A stretch of 64,000 bases of DNA, taken from NCBI GenBank assembly GCA_028864975.1, contig JAGWLG010000010.1, positions 1 to 64,000 of the forward strand. Reading direction: 5' to 3'. Shown piece after piece: positions 45,416 to 55,540 of the stretch. Below the pieces are notes generated by a model. That model made no database searches. It was not told the DNA's origin and saw nothing but the letters and a program-made list of their open reading frames with translations. Both the position numbers and the translations under genes were made by a program. This DNA comes from Thermoplasmata archaeon (GTDB lineage Archaea; Thermoplasmatota; Thermoplasmata; Lutacidiplasmatales; UBA184). Within the stretch, counting starts at the first letter, position 1; each line of letters begins with the position of its first letter.

Positions 45416-46429
45416 ATGGATTCGAAGCACGCGATCATGGTCGAGGACCTGGTCAAGACCTATCCTCCCGACGTGCATGCCGTGAAGGGGATCAGCTTCC
45501 AGGTCCCCCCAGGGCAGATCTTCGGCTTCCTGGGCCCCAACGGCGCGGGCAAGACGACGACGGTCTCGATGCTGACCACGCTCCTCCGCCCCACGAAAGG
45601 GCGGGCCGTCGTGGGAGGGATCGACGTGGCAGAGGAGCCTCGACGGGTCCGAAGGGCTATCGGTCTGGTCTTCCAGGATTCGACGGCGGATGGCGAGCTC
45701 ACGGGACGCGAGAACATGGAGGTCGCGGCCGGGCTCTTCGGCATGTCCTCCGCCGAATGCCGAGGACGGATCGATGAGCTCCTCGCGAGCATGGACCTGA
45801 AGGAAGCGGCAGGTCGAAGGGTGAAAGGCTACTCGGGGGGGATGAAACGCCGGCTCGAGCTCGCGGTGAGCCTGGTCCATACCCCCGAGGTCCTCTTCCT
45901 CGATGAGCCGACGATCGGGCTGGACCCTCAGGGGCGAGCCGGGTTCTGGCGATACATCAGCCAGATGCGAAAGGAGCAGGAGGTCACGGTCTTCATGACG
46001 ACGCACTACCTCGACGAGGTCGAGAACCTCGCCGACCGCGTCTCGATCATCGACCACGGCAAGATCATCGCGAGCGGCTCCAACGACGCCCTGAAGGAAC
46101 GTGTGGGGGGCGACGAGATCGAGGTCCGTGTGGGCAAGGGAACTCCGGTCCTCACGACCGCCCTGTCGGCCGTTCCCACCGTCCGCGAGGTCAAGCGCGA
46201 AGGGGACCTCTATCGAGTGAAGTGTCCGAGAGGCGAAGCGGTCCTCTCCTCGCTCGTGAAGGCCTGCGACCTTCCCGGCGCGTCCATCGAGGGGATTCGC
46301 GTCCTGCGGCCGAGCCTGGACCGGGTCTTCCTCGAGCTCACGGGCAAGGCCTACCGCGAAGAAGGGTACGATGAAGGACGCGCGGCGGCGTCCTCGGCGT
46401 TCCACCGCCGGCGACAGGGAGGGGGTTGA
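45416..46429 (+). CDS. ABC-2 exporter ATP-binding subunit (DrrA-like)
   Basis: GPNGAGKTT, YSGGMKRRL, LFLDEPT and TTHYLDE. GGAGGTG Shine-Dalgarno before ATG 45416. Confidence 0.95.
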   Translation: MDSKHAIMVEDLVKTYPPDVHAVKGISFQVPPGQIFGFLGPNGAGKTTTVSMLTTLLRPTKGRAVVGGIDVAEEPRRVRRAIGLVFQDSTADGELTGRENMEVAAGLFGMSSAECRGRIDELLASMDLKEAAGRRVKGYSGGMKRRLELAVSLVHTPEVLFLDEPTIGLDPQGRAGFWRYISQMRKEQEVTVFMTTHYLDEVENLADRVSIIDHGKIIASGSNDALKERVGGDEIEVRVGKGTPVLTTALSAVPTVREVKREGDLYRVKCPRGEAVLSSLVKACDLPGASIEGIRVLRPSLDRVFLELTGKAYREEGYDEGRAAASSAFHRRRQGGG

Positions 46430-47262
46430 TGTATCGCGAGCTCGCCGCCCTCCTCCGACGGGAGTATCTGCGATGGGTCCGAGCCCCCATGTGGATCGTG
46501 GCCGGCCTGATGATGCCCATCCTCTATCTCGCACTCTTCGGCCAGGCCTTCGACCTCGGGAAACTTGTCCCCCCCAATCCCCAGGCTCAGGCCGGACTTT
46601 CCTCGGCGCTCCTGGGCGCCCCGGACTACTTCTCGTACTTCGCGGTCGGCATGGTGGGGATGGTCGCGGTCACTTCCTCCCTCTTCGCCGGAACTGGGGT
46701 CATCTTTGACAAGCAGTTGGGCATCCTCCAGAGGACCATCTCGACCCCGGCCCGCCGGAGCGTGATCTTCGCTTCTTCGCTCATCTTCCGCGGCTTCTTG
46801 GTGGTCCTTCCGATCTTCATCGTCCTGGGTCTGGCCCGGCTCCTCGCTTTCATCCCCGGGTTCACGGGACTCACTGTCGTGGAGAACGTCGGTCCCGCCG
46901 GGGTCCTCGAGATCGTCGTGGGCATCCTCGCGATCTCGATGGCCTTCACCTCGCTCTTCCTCGCCTTTGGGTTCCTGTTCACCCGGGTCGAGTCCTACTT
47001 CGGAGTGGTCAATCTGTTGAACCTTCCGATCCTTTTCACGTCGAACGCGCTCTACCCCGCGGGGACTTCCCCGCTCTGGCTCCAGCACATCACGGCGTAC
47101 AACCCGATCTCGCTCGCCGTGAATGTGATGCGGGAGAACTTCTTCGGGGCCTCCTACTACGCCTACCCCGCTTACGTCTATCTTGGCGGGCTCCTGGCAT
47201 GGGCCGCGGCACTGATCCTCCTCGCCCTCGCGTTGGGGTCGAGGGCGCTCAAGACGAAGTAA
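46426..47262 (+). CDS. ABC-2 exporter permease (DrrB-like)
   Basis: Six TM helices, DYFSYFAVG, FTSNALYP and YNPISLAVNVMR. Overlaps the ATPase gene. Confidence 0.92.
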   Translation: MMYRELAALLRREYLRWVRAPMWIVAGLMMPILYLALFGQAFDLGKLVPPNPQAQAGLSSALLGAPDYFSYFAVGMVGMVAVTSSLFAGTGVIFDKQLGILQRTISTPARRSVIFASSLIFRGFLVVLPIFIVLGLARLLAFIPGFTGLTVVENVGPAGVLEIVVGILAISMAFTSLFLAFGFLFTRVESYFGVVNLLNLPILFTSNALYPAGTSPLWLQHITAYNPISLAVNVMRENFFGASYYAYPAYVYLGGLLAWAAALILLALALGSRALKTK

Positions 47263-47686
47263 CGGGCCCGGGCGGAGGTCTCGGCCCTCGACGGTGCCCG
47301 ACCCTCCGTAGCTCCCCCCTCAAGAAGAGGAGGAGCCACTCGACCTCAAAGATCCCCGGCGTGAGGAGCTCGAGGCACTGCCACCAGGGGACCCGGACCG
47401 TGGGAAGATGCTCTCGCCCCGTCCAGATCGCTTTGGAGATCCGGTGACGCCCGTCCAGGGCGATCTGGTACCACCTCCTTCCCGCGATAATGATGGGGAA
47501 GTCGAGGTCCGCCCGGTCCAGGAAGCTTGGGATGAGGCGAAGCGCCCAGCCGATCGCCCGTCGCGACAGCCGGGGCAGCTCCGTCAGCGGGGTCTCGACC
47601 ACGGGCACGGGGTGTCGCCTGAGATGGCGTACCGCAAGGAAGACCCCGGGCCGGAAGTGGAAGGCGAACTCTGAGGAATCGACCAT
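47249..47686 (-). CDS. ParB/Srx-like N-terminal domain protein
   Basis: ADLDFPIII..LDGRHRISKA..G matches the ParB/Srx core. GGAGG Shine-Dalgarno before ATG 47686. Confidence 0.65.
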   Translation of the reverse strand: MVDSSEFAFHFRPGVFLAVRHLRRHPVPVVETPLTELPRLSRRAIGWALRLIPSFLDRADLDFPIIIAGRRWYQIALDGRHRISKAIWTGREHLPTVRVPWWQCLELLTPGIFEVEWLLLFLRGELRRVGHRRGPRPPPGPVTSS

Positions 47687-47877
47687 GTCTCCTCCCCTTC
47701 CATCGAGCCGACCTCCCCGTCCCCTACAGGCCCAGCCTGGAAACACGACATCAGGCGCCTGTCAACTTCGGTCGACCTGACGCGCGCGTCGACCCTCCCC
47801 CTGCGACCGGGGACGCCCGCAGGAGATCCGACGAGTCCCTACCGAGAACCCGTCGAACGAGCCCTTCCGAACATTCC

Positions 47878-48486
47878 CTACTTCGCCTTTCTCCTTCGGG
47901 GTCGCTTGGGCTCCACGGGGTGGCGCCTCGCCCACTCCCGGGCCCCAGATATGAGGGCCGCCCTCGGAGGGGGCCATCTTCCGTGGAGCACACGACGGAA
48001 GATCCAGAACGTGTTGGGGGGTTCAACGTCCATCTGCCAGAGCATGGCCTCCACTTCCCCCAGGTGGAGGAGATGCTCGGTCAAGCACTGCGCGAGCGCG
48101 GCATCGCGCGTGAGACGAAGGGGGTACTTCCTCGACGCGACCCACACGGCAGGCTTCGAGAGCTCTTTCGGGGTGTTCCACTTCTTGAACCGTGCGTTCC
48201 CCATCGCCTCGACCTCCTTGAGCCTCTTTCGTACCTCGGCGATGCTCAGGTACCGGTCCCTGGGGATGTTCATCACCTCGTACATCCAGGGGGTGGCGCG
48301 GTTCTCGCAGAATTCGGTCACGTGCTGCTCCTCGACGTAGGCCAGGTGGAGGAAGATGTCCCGGAAGGAGTGCATGCTCACTCCGCGGTCCTTGGTGAAT
48401 GCCTTCCACCCAAGCTTCGCGGCTCGCTCGAAGAAGTCGCAGCGGAGCTCGTGGACGAAGTCCATCAGGTCGATGGTCGAAACCAT
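47878..48486 (-). CDS. DinB/YfiT-family protein
   Basis: SFRDIFLHLAYVE and TEHLLHLGEV (His triad positions). Confidence 0.85.
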   Translation of the reverse strand: MVSTIDLMDFVHELRCDFFERAAKLGWKAFTKDRGVSMHSFRDIFLHLAYVEEQHVTEFCENRATPWMYEVMNIPRDRYLSIAEVRKRLKEVEAMGNARFKKWNTPKELSKPAVWVASRKYPLRLTRDAALAQCLTEHLLHLGEVEAMLWQMDVEPPNTFWIFRRVLHGRWPPPRAALISGAREWARRHPVEPKRPRRRKAK

Positions 48487-48577
48487 GGAGTCCCTACCGG
48501 ACCGGGCTCATAGCGCGAGCGTCGCGTCTTCACGTTCGGGCCACGACCCGGGTCGCCAAGGTCGTGTGACGAACGGG

Positions 48578-49384
48578 TCAGAGCTTCGCGCCGCAACTGT
48601 AGCAGAACGCGCCTTCCTGTTCCGCTTCTCCGCAAGCACGGCAGACCGAGGCGGGGCCGGCGGCCGGGGCTTCGTCGGGGGTGGCTGCCACTGGAGGGCT
48701 GGCGGGCGGTCGAGCTTTGGGCCCGGTAAGGGGCGCGCCGCACGAGCCGCAGCGCTTGTCGGTGATCTGGACCAGCGCGGAGCAGTAGGGACATGGGACC
48801 TTGACGATCTCTCGGATCGTCTCCTTCTCCTTCACGATCACCTGAGGCGAGGGCGGGGCCTGAGGGGCGGCCGCCCGATGGAGCGCTGCGATCCGAGCTT
48901 GAGCCTCCGCTTGGGCCTGGGCGGCCGCGCGGCGGGTCGAAGGCAACACCTGCTGGATGGCGTCGCGGATCCCGTCCGTCGTCAAGCTCCGTTGGGCCGG
49001 GGACATGTCGCCGACCACGGCGAAGGGGCTCCATCCCCCTCTCCAGCGTACCCGCAGGAACGGCCACTGCAGGTTCCCCGGGACTGGGATCATCTCGGTC
49101 ACGACGGAGTCGATCGCGTCCAAGGGGACCTCGAAGGACGGGGGCACCGGGACCTCATAGTACACCGGGTTCCCGACGATCGTGGAGCTCTTCGCCGCAG
49201 GGACCATGAAGAGACGCTGGTAGGTCAGGACCAGGCATCCGGAAGGCGTCTGTCGCCAGGTCGCGAAGGAGGAATTGGCGCCAGGGGCGAACGGCCCCTT
49301 CACGCTCCAGGTCCCGCAGACCCCCTCCGAAGGGCGGAGGAAGGAAGGCAGGGCGGACGAGAACTGGGATGCCGAGACTTTCAT
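48578..49384 (-). CDS. Hypothetical protein: PH/GRAM-like domain plus two zinc ribbons
   Basis: GCLVLTYQRLFMV motif, then C-terminal CPYC..CGSC and CRAC..CYSC. Confidence 0.7.
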   Translation of the reverse strand: MKVSASQFSSALPSFLRPSEGVCGTWSVKGPFAPGANSSFATWRQTPSGCLVLTYQRLFMVPAAKSSTIVGNPVYYEVPVPPSFEVPLDAIDSVVTEMIPVPGNLQWPFLRVRWRGGWSPFAVVGDMSPAQRSLTTDGIRDAIQQVLPSTRRAAAQAQAEAQARIAALHRAAAPQAPPSPQVIVKEKETIREIVKVPCPYCSALVQITDKRCGSCGAPLTGPKARPPASPPVAATPDEAPAAGPASVCRACGEAEQEGAFCYSCGAKL

Positions 49385-49430
49385 GGCCCTCGTGGTGCGG
49401 TACCGATCGCTAGCTGGGAGGTTCGCATGC

Positions 49431-50555
49431 TCATTTCTCGGGAGGGACAGCAGGGGTCGCTTCGTGGGTCTGTGCCGGGGCGGCGGCGGGTGAAGTCGGC
49501 GCCGACGGGGCTGCAGGTGCCGCGGTGCTCATCTGGGCCTTGATGGCCTCGAGCTCCTGGCGCAGGCGCTGGACCTCTTCGGAGGGCGCGGTCGGGGTAG
49601 GGGATCGTGCGCCCGCTGTATCGGGGGCAGCCTCACGCTTCCAGTACGATCTCAGGCCTAGGCTTCCAACGAGGAGTAAGGCGAAACCTCCCAGGTCGAG
49701 GAAAAGCGCCGTGGAGGGTCCCCACGAGACCGTGCCAGTCGCGTTGGAACCGCTCGAGCCTCCTCCTCCACCCCCACTGTTGCCTCCGAAGTTCACGGCG
49801 CAGGACCCCATCGGTGAAAAGTTCGGCCCACCCCCGCCGTTCCCACCATTGCAGAGCGGGCCAACGAGGAATCCTGTGACGAGGGTCAGGATGACGAAGA
49901 GGATGAGGCCGCCGACGAGAGCGAGTACGGCCCCCGAGCGGGTGAGCGAGTACGGTTTCTTGAGCCCCTTCCGAGTGGCGGGAGCGCTGCCCGTGCGTAG
50001 ACCCAGGATCGCTCCCGCCGCCGCGAGCGCGACCCCGAGGAGTAAAAGGACAGCCCCGGCAGCAAGGAGCAGGACCACGAACTCGAGACCCTGACTGCCA
50101 CCACCGGATCCCGCGAGCCCGGCGTAGGCCAGACATTCTCCGGGAACTAGGGGGTTGTTGTTGCCCGAGTTGTTGTTGGAGCCGTTGTTCGAGGCGCCCT
50201 CGGGGCGTGCAGATTCTGGGGAGGAGCTCATCCTGCCTTGGGCGAGGGGGGACGCGGCGTGGCCCTGGTGCAGAGGCGGAGAGGAAGGGGCGGCGAAGCC
50301 GTGGTTCCCAGCGTTGCTGGACTCGCTCAGGCAGACCGAGAACGAGTCAAAGTCGGCGGTCGCATGGAGGAACTCGGACCCTGAGGAAACGTTGACCGCG
50401 ACCACGGTCCAGGGAAACAGGAGTGTGAGCAGGAGCAAGGCCGCCCCTCCAAGGACAAGGAAGGAATAGATCGGCGACGCCGGGGGCGGCAGACGCACGT
50501 CAGGGTTCCCCGGCGGAACGCGGCGTGGTGCGGTGGCAGGTCCAGAGGCACTCAT
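49431..50555 (-). CDS. Multi-TM membrane protein with Gly/Asn/Ser-rich loops
   Basis: About four TM helices (LLFPW..WGPSTALFLDLGG) and a short C-terminal coiled segment. ATG 50555 overlaps the stop of the upstream gene (ATGA). Confidence 0.75.
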   Translation of the reverse strand: MSASGPATAPRRVPPGNPDVRLPPPASPIYSFLVLGGAALLLLTLLFPWTVVAVNVSSGSEFLHATADFDSFSVCLSESSNAGNHGFAAPSSPPLHQGHAASPLAQGRMSSSPESARPEGASNNGSNNNSGNNNPLVPGECLAYAGLAGSGGGSQGLEFVVLLLAAGAVLLLLGVALAAAGAILGLRTGSAPATRKGLKKPYSLTRSGAVLALVGGLILFVILTLVTGFLVGPLCNGGNGGGGPNFSPMGSCAVNFGGNSGGGGGGSSGSNATGTVSWGPSTALFLDLGGFALLLVGSLGLRSYWKREAAPDTAGARSPTPTAPSEEVQRLRQELEAIKAQMSTAAPAAPSAPTSPAAAPAQTHEATPAVPPEK

Positions 50556-53500
50556 GTTGAGGGCCCGACCTCCACCACGGGAGACCCACAACTGTCGCAG
50601 AAGCCGGCGCCGGCTTCGACTTCCGCCCCGCAGGACGTGCATTTCCTCACGCCGGCCGCGGGCGGTGGAGCCTGCGTCCCAGCGCCCGGTTCCGCCGGGG
50701 GCCCAGCGGGCGGAGCTGTATCCCCGACGATGGAGGGAGGCTCGACCGGGGTGGCCGCCGGTACCGTCACTGGCCAGGCCGTCGACATCGGTGTGGAACC
50801 CCCGCTAGCTCCTCCGAGGGTCGCTGCCGCACCTGCCTCGATCAACGCCTTACGGCGTCGGCGAGCGAGCGCGAACTGTGCGATCCCGGCGGCGAAGAGG
50901 CCGACGACCGCGATCAGCACGACAAGCGTGGGGACCCCTCCTGGCGCCCCGAGGTTGAGCGGCCCTCCGGAGCCGATCCCACCGGTTCCCGGACCACTAC
51001 CGGGGGTCACGTGCACGATGCCGCTGGTGTAGGCCTTGTTCCCAACGTGGTCCGTCGCCGTCAGGTTGACGTAGTAATCCCCCGGGTTCTGGAACGTGTA
51101 GTTGATGCCCGAGGTGGAGAAGTAGGTGGAATTCTCGATGTTCCAGCGGAAGGTGTAAGGTGGGACCCCTCCGGTCGCGCTCGCCTGACAGGAGATCGAG
51201 AGAGGTGCCGTGCCGCCAGGGGGGCCGTTCGAGGTCGAGGGTTGGCACTTGACGTTCACACTGAGGGAGTTCCCCGGCCCTCCCGCTCCGACGGTGACGT
51301 TCGTGTAGTGTCTGTTGACCTGCGACGGGGGGCTCGAATCCGAGAGTTCGGCCTCGACCATGTAGGTCCCCCGGTTCGAATAGGTGTGCTGGAAGGTGGG
51401 ACAATTGGGGGAGGAGCAGTTCTGCCAGAAGCTGGGTGTGCCGTCCGCGAGGAACCAGACCCACGTGTAGGGGCCCTTTCCTCCCTGGATCGACGAGGCG
51501 AGGCTCACGGAGAGCGGAGGCGTCCCCGAGAGCGGGCTCAAGGTGACGGTGGAAGAGAGCGGGGAGGTCGAGCCTGGGACGGTGACACTGACGAATAGGC
51601 TGTGCTCCGCACTCGCCCCGGACGCATCGGTCGCCCTCAACGAGACCTGGAAGTTCCCGCCGGCCGTGAACGTGTGCGCGACGCGGACGGTGGTGCTCGT
51701 GTTGGTCCAGTTGAGGGAGGTGCCATCGCCGAACGTCCAGAGGAACGCGTAGGGGGAGGAGCCTCCGGACGCACTGCCCTGGAAGTACACGGTGAGCGGA
51801 TAGGGCCCTGTGGTCGGGTTGGCGCTCAGCGCGACCGAGGGGGGTGGGGAAGTTCCCACGGCGAGGGTCACCGTCTGCCAGGCCGTGCTCCCGACCTGAT
51901 CGGTCGCTGTGAGATTCGCGACGAAGGTCCCGGTACTGGCGTAGGTGTATGCGATGCGTCCTCCCGTGCTGGCGTTGGACCAGGTGACGACCGAGCCATC
52001 GCCGAAGCTCCAGCGGAAGGTGTAGGGTCCCGTGCCGCCCGACGCACCGCCGTTGAAGTAGACCGTGAGCGGAGGCGACCCCCCGGAGGGATTCGCGGAG
52101 AGCGAGACCGCGACTGAGCTGGCCGGGGTGACGGTGATGGTCGCGGTCTTGTACCCGACGGCCCCGTTCGAGTCGCGAACGGTCAGGTTCGCGATGAAGG
52201 TGCCCGCCCTCGGGTAGGTGTGCGACAGGCTCGAGCAACAATTGTTGTACGAGCCATCCCCGAACGAGTAGTTCCACGAGTAGGGGGGGGTTCCTCCGGT
52301 GGCCGTGCCCGAGAAGAATACCGCGAGGGGAGCCGTGCCGCTCGTGCGATTCGCGCTGATCCCGACCGTGAGGGCGGGGAGCGAAACCGGGCCGGCGAAG
52401 GACCATGTGCTGGAGCCGGAGAACTGGGTCCCCCATCCCCCGAACCCCAGAATGGCAGTGTAGGAGGGATCGTAGTCCATGTTCCAGGCGTCGGGTCCTG
52501 GGGAGCCGGAGGTCCCAGCGGTCACGTTCGACCATCTTCCCGCGGCGAACTGCCAGGTGTCCCCGTAGAACCCGGTGGGGGGAGCGGTCGTGGACCCGCC
52601 CTGGAAGTCCCCTTTCCATCCGCCGTAGAACATCAGGACGTTCGCCGCCGTGTCGGAGCTCCCTTCCATGAACCCGCGGGGTGAGGGCGAGTTGACCGGG
52701 GCGAGAGAGGTCCAGGTCACTCCCGAGAGCTCCCACGTGTCGCCCGTGGTGTAGCAGGGGTTGCCGCACCCGGTAATGCCCCCGAAGAGCACCGAATATC
52801 CGTCGGTCGCGTCGTACGCGAACCCCGCCCCCGCTCGGGGGCCGGGGCCGGGGTTCGTCGATAGGGGGCTCCAGGTCCCGGACCGGAAGGCCCAGGTGTC
52901 GTACGCTGACGACCCGCAGAGGTACCCCAGGAAGTACGTGCATCCCCCGAAGAGGACGACGCGGGTCGCAGCGGAATCGTACGTGATCGCCGCATCCGAC
53001 CTCGGTGAAGGGGGGGTGCCCGCCGAGGCCGTGAGGTTCGTCCAGGTCCCTCCCGCGAACGCCCACGTGTCCGACTGGTCGTAGCAGCCGGTGTTGCCCA
53101 CAAGATGGGCCCCGGAAGTGGAGACACACCCCCCGAAGAGCAGGACCTCATGGTCGAGCCCATCGTACACCATGGCGCCCCCCGCCCGAGCGGGGGGCGT
53201 GCTCACCGTTGTCCCCGTGAGGTTCTTCCAGCTCCCTCCGTAGAGGGCCCACGTGAAGGGCCAGACCGGGACCCCGCCACCCGCACAACTGGCCCCGGAG
53301 ACGCCACAGCCGGCGCCGCCGAAGAGCAGAAGGTAGCCGTCCTGGGCGTCGTAGACGAGCCCGTTGTCCGCGAGCGGGGGTGGGGAGTTCGAGATCGAGC
53401 TCGTGAGGTTCGTCCAGCCCGTCGCGTCGGGCACGAGGTGGGAGGTGGGGGCCTTCGGCGAAGTTGCCGACGCAAGGCGAACAGGATCCCCATGCAAGGC

Positions 53501-53704
53501 CCACGGGGGCCCGAGCATGTGGAGCGGCGAGGCGCCCGCCGCGAGCGTCGTCGCGGGAAGCGCGAGGAGCAAGAACAGGAGGACCAACGAGAGGCGGCTC
53601 CACCCACGGGCCGCCGTGCCCTGCGCGGATCGACGCCAGAAGCGTCCCGCGGAGAGGGGCCCCCGTTCCCCGCAGGTCGACACGCCCAGCGATGGCATCC
53701 TCAT
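50552..53704 (-). CDS. Cell-surface protein: kelch-like propeller + 5 PKD domains + TM + cytoplasmic zinc ribbon
   Basis: Signal-like hydrophobic segment, six YD..LLFGG-type repeats, five GGxxPYx(F/W)xW-type PKD repeats, TM helix, Pro-rich tail and CTSC..CDSC. Start at 53704 or 53698. Confidence 0.9.
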   Translation of the reverse strand: MRMPSLGVSTCGERGPLSAGRFWRRSAQGTAARGWSRLSLVLLFLLLALPATTLAAGASPLHMLGPPWALHGDPVRLASATSPKAPTSHLVPDATGWTNLTSSISNSPPPLADNGLVYDAQDGYLLLFGGAGCGVSGASCAGGGVPVWPFTWALYGGSWKNLTGTTVSTPPARAGGAMVYDGLDHEVLLFGGCVSTSGAHLVGNTGCYDQSDTWAFAGGTWTNLTASAGTPPSPRSDAAITYDSAATRVVLFGGCTYFLGYLCGSSAYDTWAFRSGTWSPLSTNPGPGPRAGAGFAYDATDGYSVLFGGITGCGNPCYTTGDTWELSGVTWTSLAPVNSPSPRGFMEGSSDTAANVLMFYGGWKGDFQGGSTTAPPTGFYGDTWQFAAGRWSNVTAGTSGSPGPDAWNMDYDPSYTAILGFGGWGTQFSGSSTWSFAGPVSLPALTVGISANRTSGTAPLAVFFSGTATGGTPPYSWNYSFGDGSYNNCCSSLSHTYPRAGTFIANLTVRDSNGAVGYKTATITVTPASSVAVSLSANPSGGSPPLTVYFNGGASGGTGPYTFRWSFGDGSVVTWSNASTGGRIAYTYASTGTFVANLTATDQVGSTAWQTVTLAVGTSPPPSVALSANPTTGPYPLTVYFQGSASGGSSPYAFLWTFGDGTSLNWTNTSTTVRVAHTFTAGGNFQVSLRATDASGASAEHSLFVSVTVPGSTSPLSSTVTLSPLSGTPPLSVSLASSIQGGKGPYTWVWFLADGTPSFWQNCSSPNCPTFQHTYSNRGTYMVEAELSDSSPPSQVNRHYTNVTVGAGGPGNSLSVNVKCQPSTSNGPPGGTAPLSISCQASATGGVPPYTFRWNIENSTYFSTSGINYTFQNPGDYYVNLTATDHVGNKAYTSGIVHVTPGSGPGTGGIGSGGPLNLGAPGGVPTLVVLIAVVGLFAAGIAQFALARRRRKALIEAGAAATLGGASGGSTPMSTAWPVTVPAATPVEPPSIVGDTAPPAGPPAEPGAGTQAPPPAAGVRKCTSCGAEVEAGAGFCDSCGSPVVEVGPST

Positions 53705-53770
53705 GGTTCTCACACAAGAGGTATACTTATCAACGGTCCCGACCCGGAAGGCCCCCGCGGCGAACCCCGC

Positions 53771-53778
53771 TTTAAAAA
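53771..53778. promoter_or_regulatory. TATA-like element between divergent genes
   Basis: TTTAAAAA 29 nt upstream of ATG 53807. Confidence 0.6.
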
Positions 53779-53806
53779 GGAGCTCCACCTTGCGGGTCCC
53801 TCGGGT

Positions 53807-54820
53807 ATGAGCCCACCGACCACCGGCCCCATCTGTCCGTCGTGCGGTGGGCTCAACAAGCCTTCCGCCAAGTTCTGCCGAAGCTGCGGGAAGCCGCTCG
53901 GCACGGCGGGCACCGCCACGCCGTCTCCCCCGAACGCGGGCCCGGCCCCTTCCCCCGCTCCCCTCACCATCGGGGCCTCGGCCCCCACTTCGGCGCCACG
54001 TCCCGCCCCTCTTCCGCGCGCTGACGACATGGAGAGCCGGTCGCGGATCGTGGAGGAGCGAGAGCTCGGGCTCCAACGCTTGCGCGAGGACCTCGACCGC
54101 CGAGCTTCGGAGTTGAGTGCGCGAAACGAGGAGCTGGAGCGCACCCGGGCTTCGCTCGAGACCCGCGAAAGGTCCCTCGCTCCCGCCGAGGCCAAGATCA
54201 CCCAGCGGACCCAGGAGCTCGACCAACGGGAAGCGGCGCTCGAAGCGAGGGCCGCTTCGCAGCGGACCCAGGAGGAAGAGCTCTCGGGGAAGGAGAAGCA
54301 GCTCGCGGAAGGACAGCAGGGGATGGAGACGCGCGAGAAGGAACTGCGCACTCAGCTCCAGGACCTCGAGCAGCAGAAGGGGCTGCTTCGTCGCCAGGCC
54401 AAGATGCTCGACCAACGGGAGGCCGACCTTCGGAGGAGGGAGCTCGCGGCCGCCTCGGCCGAGCCCGAGTCCCTAGGCGCCGGAGCTTCATCGCCCTCGG
54501 TCCCGCCACCGTCCCCTCCGGTCCGCACCGAGGCCCCCGTCGCCCCGCCCTCCCCCGCGGGTCCCGTTCCAATCGTACCCGTGGGCGTGGGCGCGAGTGC
54601 GGGTGGGAGTGCGCCCCCCACGCCGCCTCCACCGCCTCCGGCCCAAGCGCCCCTTCCCCCGCCCCACGCCCCGGGGGGCCCACCCGCCTATCCGCCCCCT
54701 CCCCCCACGAGTTCCGAGGAGCGGCCGCTCTTCTGCCAGGAGTGTGGCTCACCGAACCGACGGAGGCACCGGTTCTGCCACAAGTGCGGCGCCAAGCTTC
54801 CGGTGCAGAGCGCCCCCTAG
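53807..54820 (+). CDS. Zinc ribbon - coiled coil - zinc ribbon protein
   Basis: 3' part of ORF 53105..54820, from ATG 53807: CPSC..CRSC, Pro linker, ~125-aa heptad coil, Pro linker, CQEC..CHKC. Confidence 0.8.
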   Translation: MSPPTTGPICPSCGGLNKPSAKFCRSCGKPLGTAGTATPSPPNAGPAPSPAPLTIGASAPTSAPRPAPLPRADDMESRSRIVEERELGLQRLREDLDRRASELSARNEELERTRASLETRERSLAPAEAKITQRTQELDQREAALEARAASQRTQEEELSGKEKQLAEGQQGMETREKELRTQLQDLEQQKGLLRRQAKMLDQREADLRRRELAAASAEPESLGAGASSPSVPPPSPPVRTEAPVAPPSPAGPVPIVPVGVGASAGGSAPPTPPPPPPAQAPLPPPHAPGGPPAYPPPPPTSSEERPLFCQECGSPNRRRHRFCHKCGAKLPVQSAP

Positions 54821-55003
54821 GTGTCCTCTCCTCGTCCCTCGCCGAGGGCAGGACCGGCGGCCCCGCGCGCGAAGCGTCCCGCGGCCCGGCCCCGGCCGAG
54901 CTACGTGGGGCCGACGGCGAGGCAGGGTTACGCCCGGTGGGGGGCTCGGGCGGGACCTGCGGAGGGCGCCCTCTTCGTCGCGGTTCGGGGGATGCGCGTC
55001 CTC

Positions 55004-55540
55004 TCAGGCCGCCGAGGTGGCGCTGTAGCCTTCCTCCGCCGGGGCCGAGGGCGCGGCGAGCCAGAGTGCGAGCGCGCCAAGGAGCGCGAGCGTCCCTCCG
55101 ACCATGGCCAGGTAGAAGCCCACGCCCGCGCTGTCGAGGAAGAGCGCCCCCCATAGCGACCGGGCCCCCGTGTTGAACCGGAACGCCGCGACGAGCGGCA
55201 GGGCGAAGACGCCCAGCGCGACCAAGGTGGCGGCGAGCTTCGGGAGGGTCTCGTGGGCGCGTCCCGTTCCCCAGACCCGAGGACGGACCAGGGCGGCGGC
55301 CAGGATGACGAGGCCAATGGCCCCTGCGGCGAGAACGGCGAGCTCGGGGAGGTGGCCCATGAGGTCGACCCCATTGAGCCCGCGGACCGGTCCCAGGGCG
55401 CTGAAGGTGTACCACGGCAGCACGAGGGCGAGGAGGACCAGCAGGCCACCCGCCGCGAGAAGGAAACAGGGGAACCGCGACGGCGAGGCCTCGCGGTGGA
55501 AGAGGACCTCCTCGTCCCACGGCGCCCGGCCCGCGCTCAT
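55004..55540 (-). CDS. Small 4-TM membrane protein
   Basis: LVLPWY..GVGFYLAMVGG pattern. ATGA overlap with the upstream surface-protein gene. Confidence 0.75.
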   Translation of the reverse strand: MSAGRAPWDEEVLFHREASPSRFPCFLLAAGGLLVLLALVLPWYTFSALGPVRGLNGVDLMGHLPELAVLAAGAIGLVILAAALVRPRVWGTGRAHETLPKLAATLVALGVFALPLVAAFRFNTGARSLWGALFLDSAGVGFYLAMVGGTLALLGALALWLAAPSAPAEEGYSATSAA

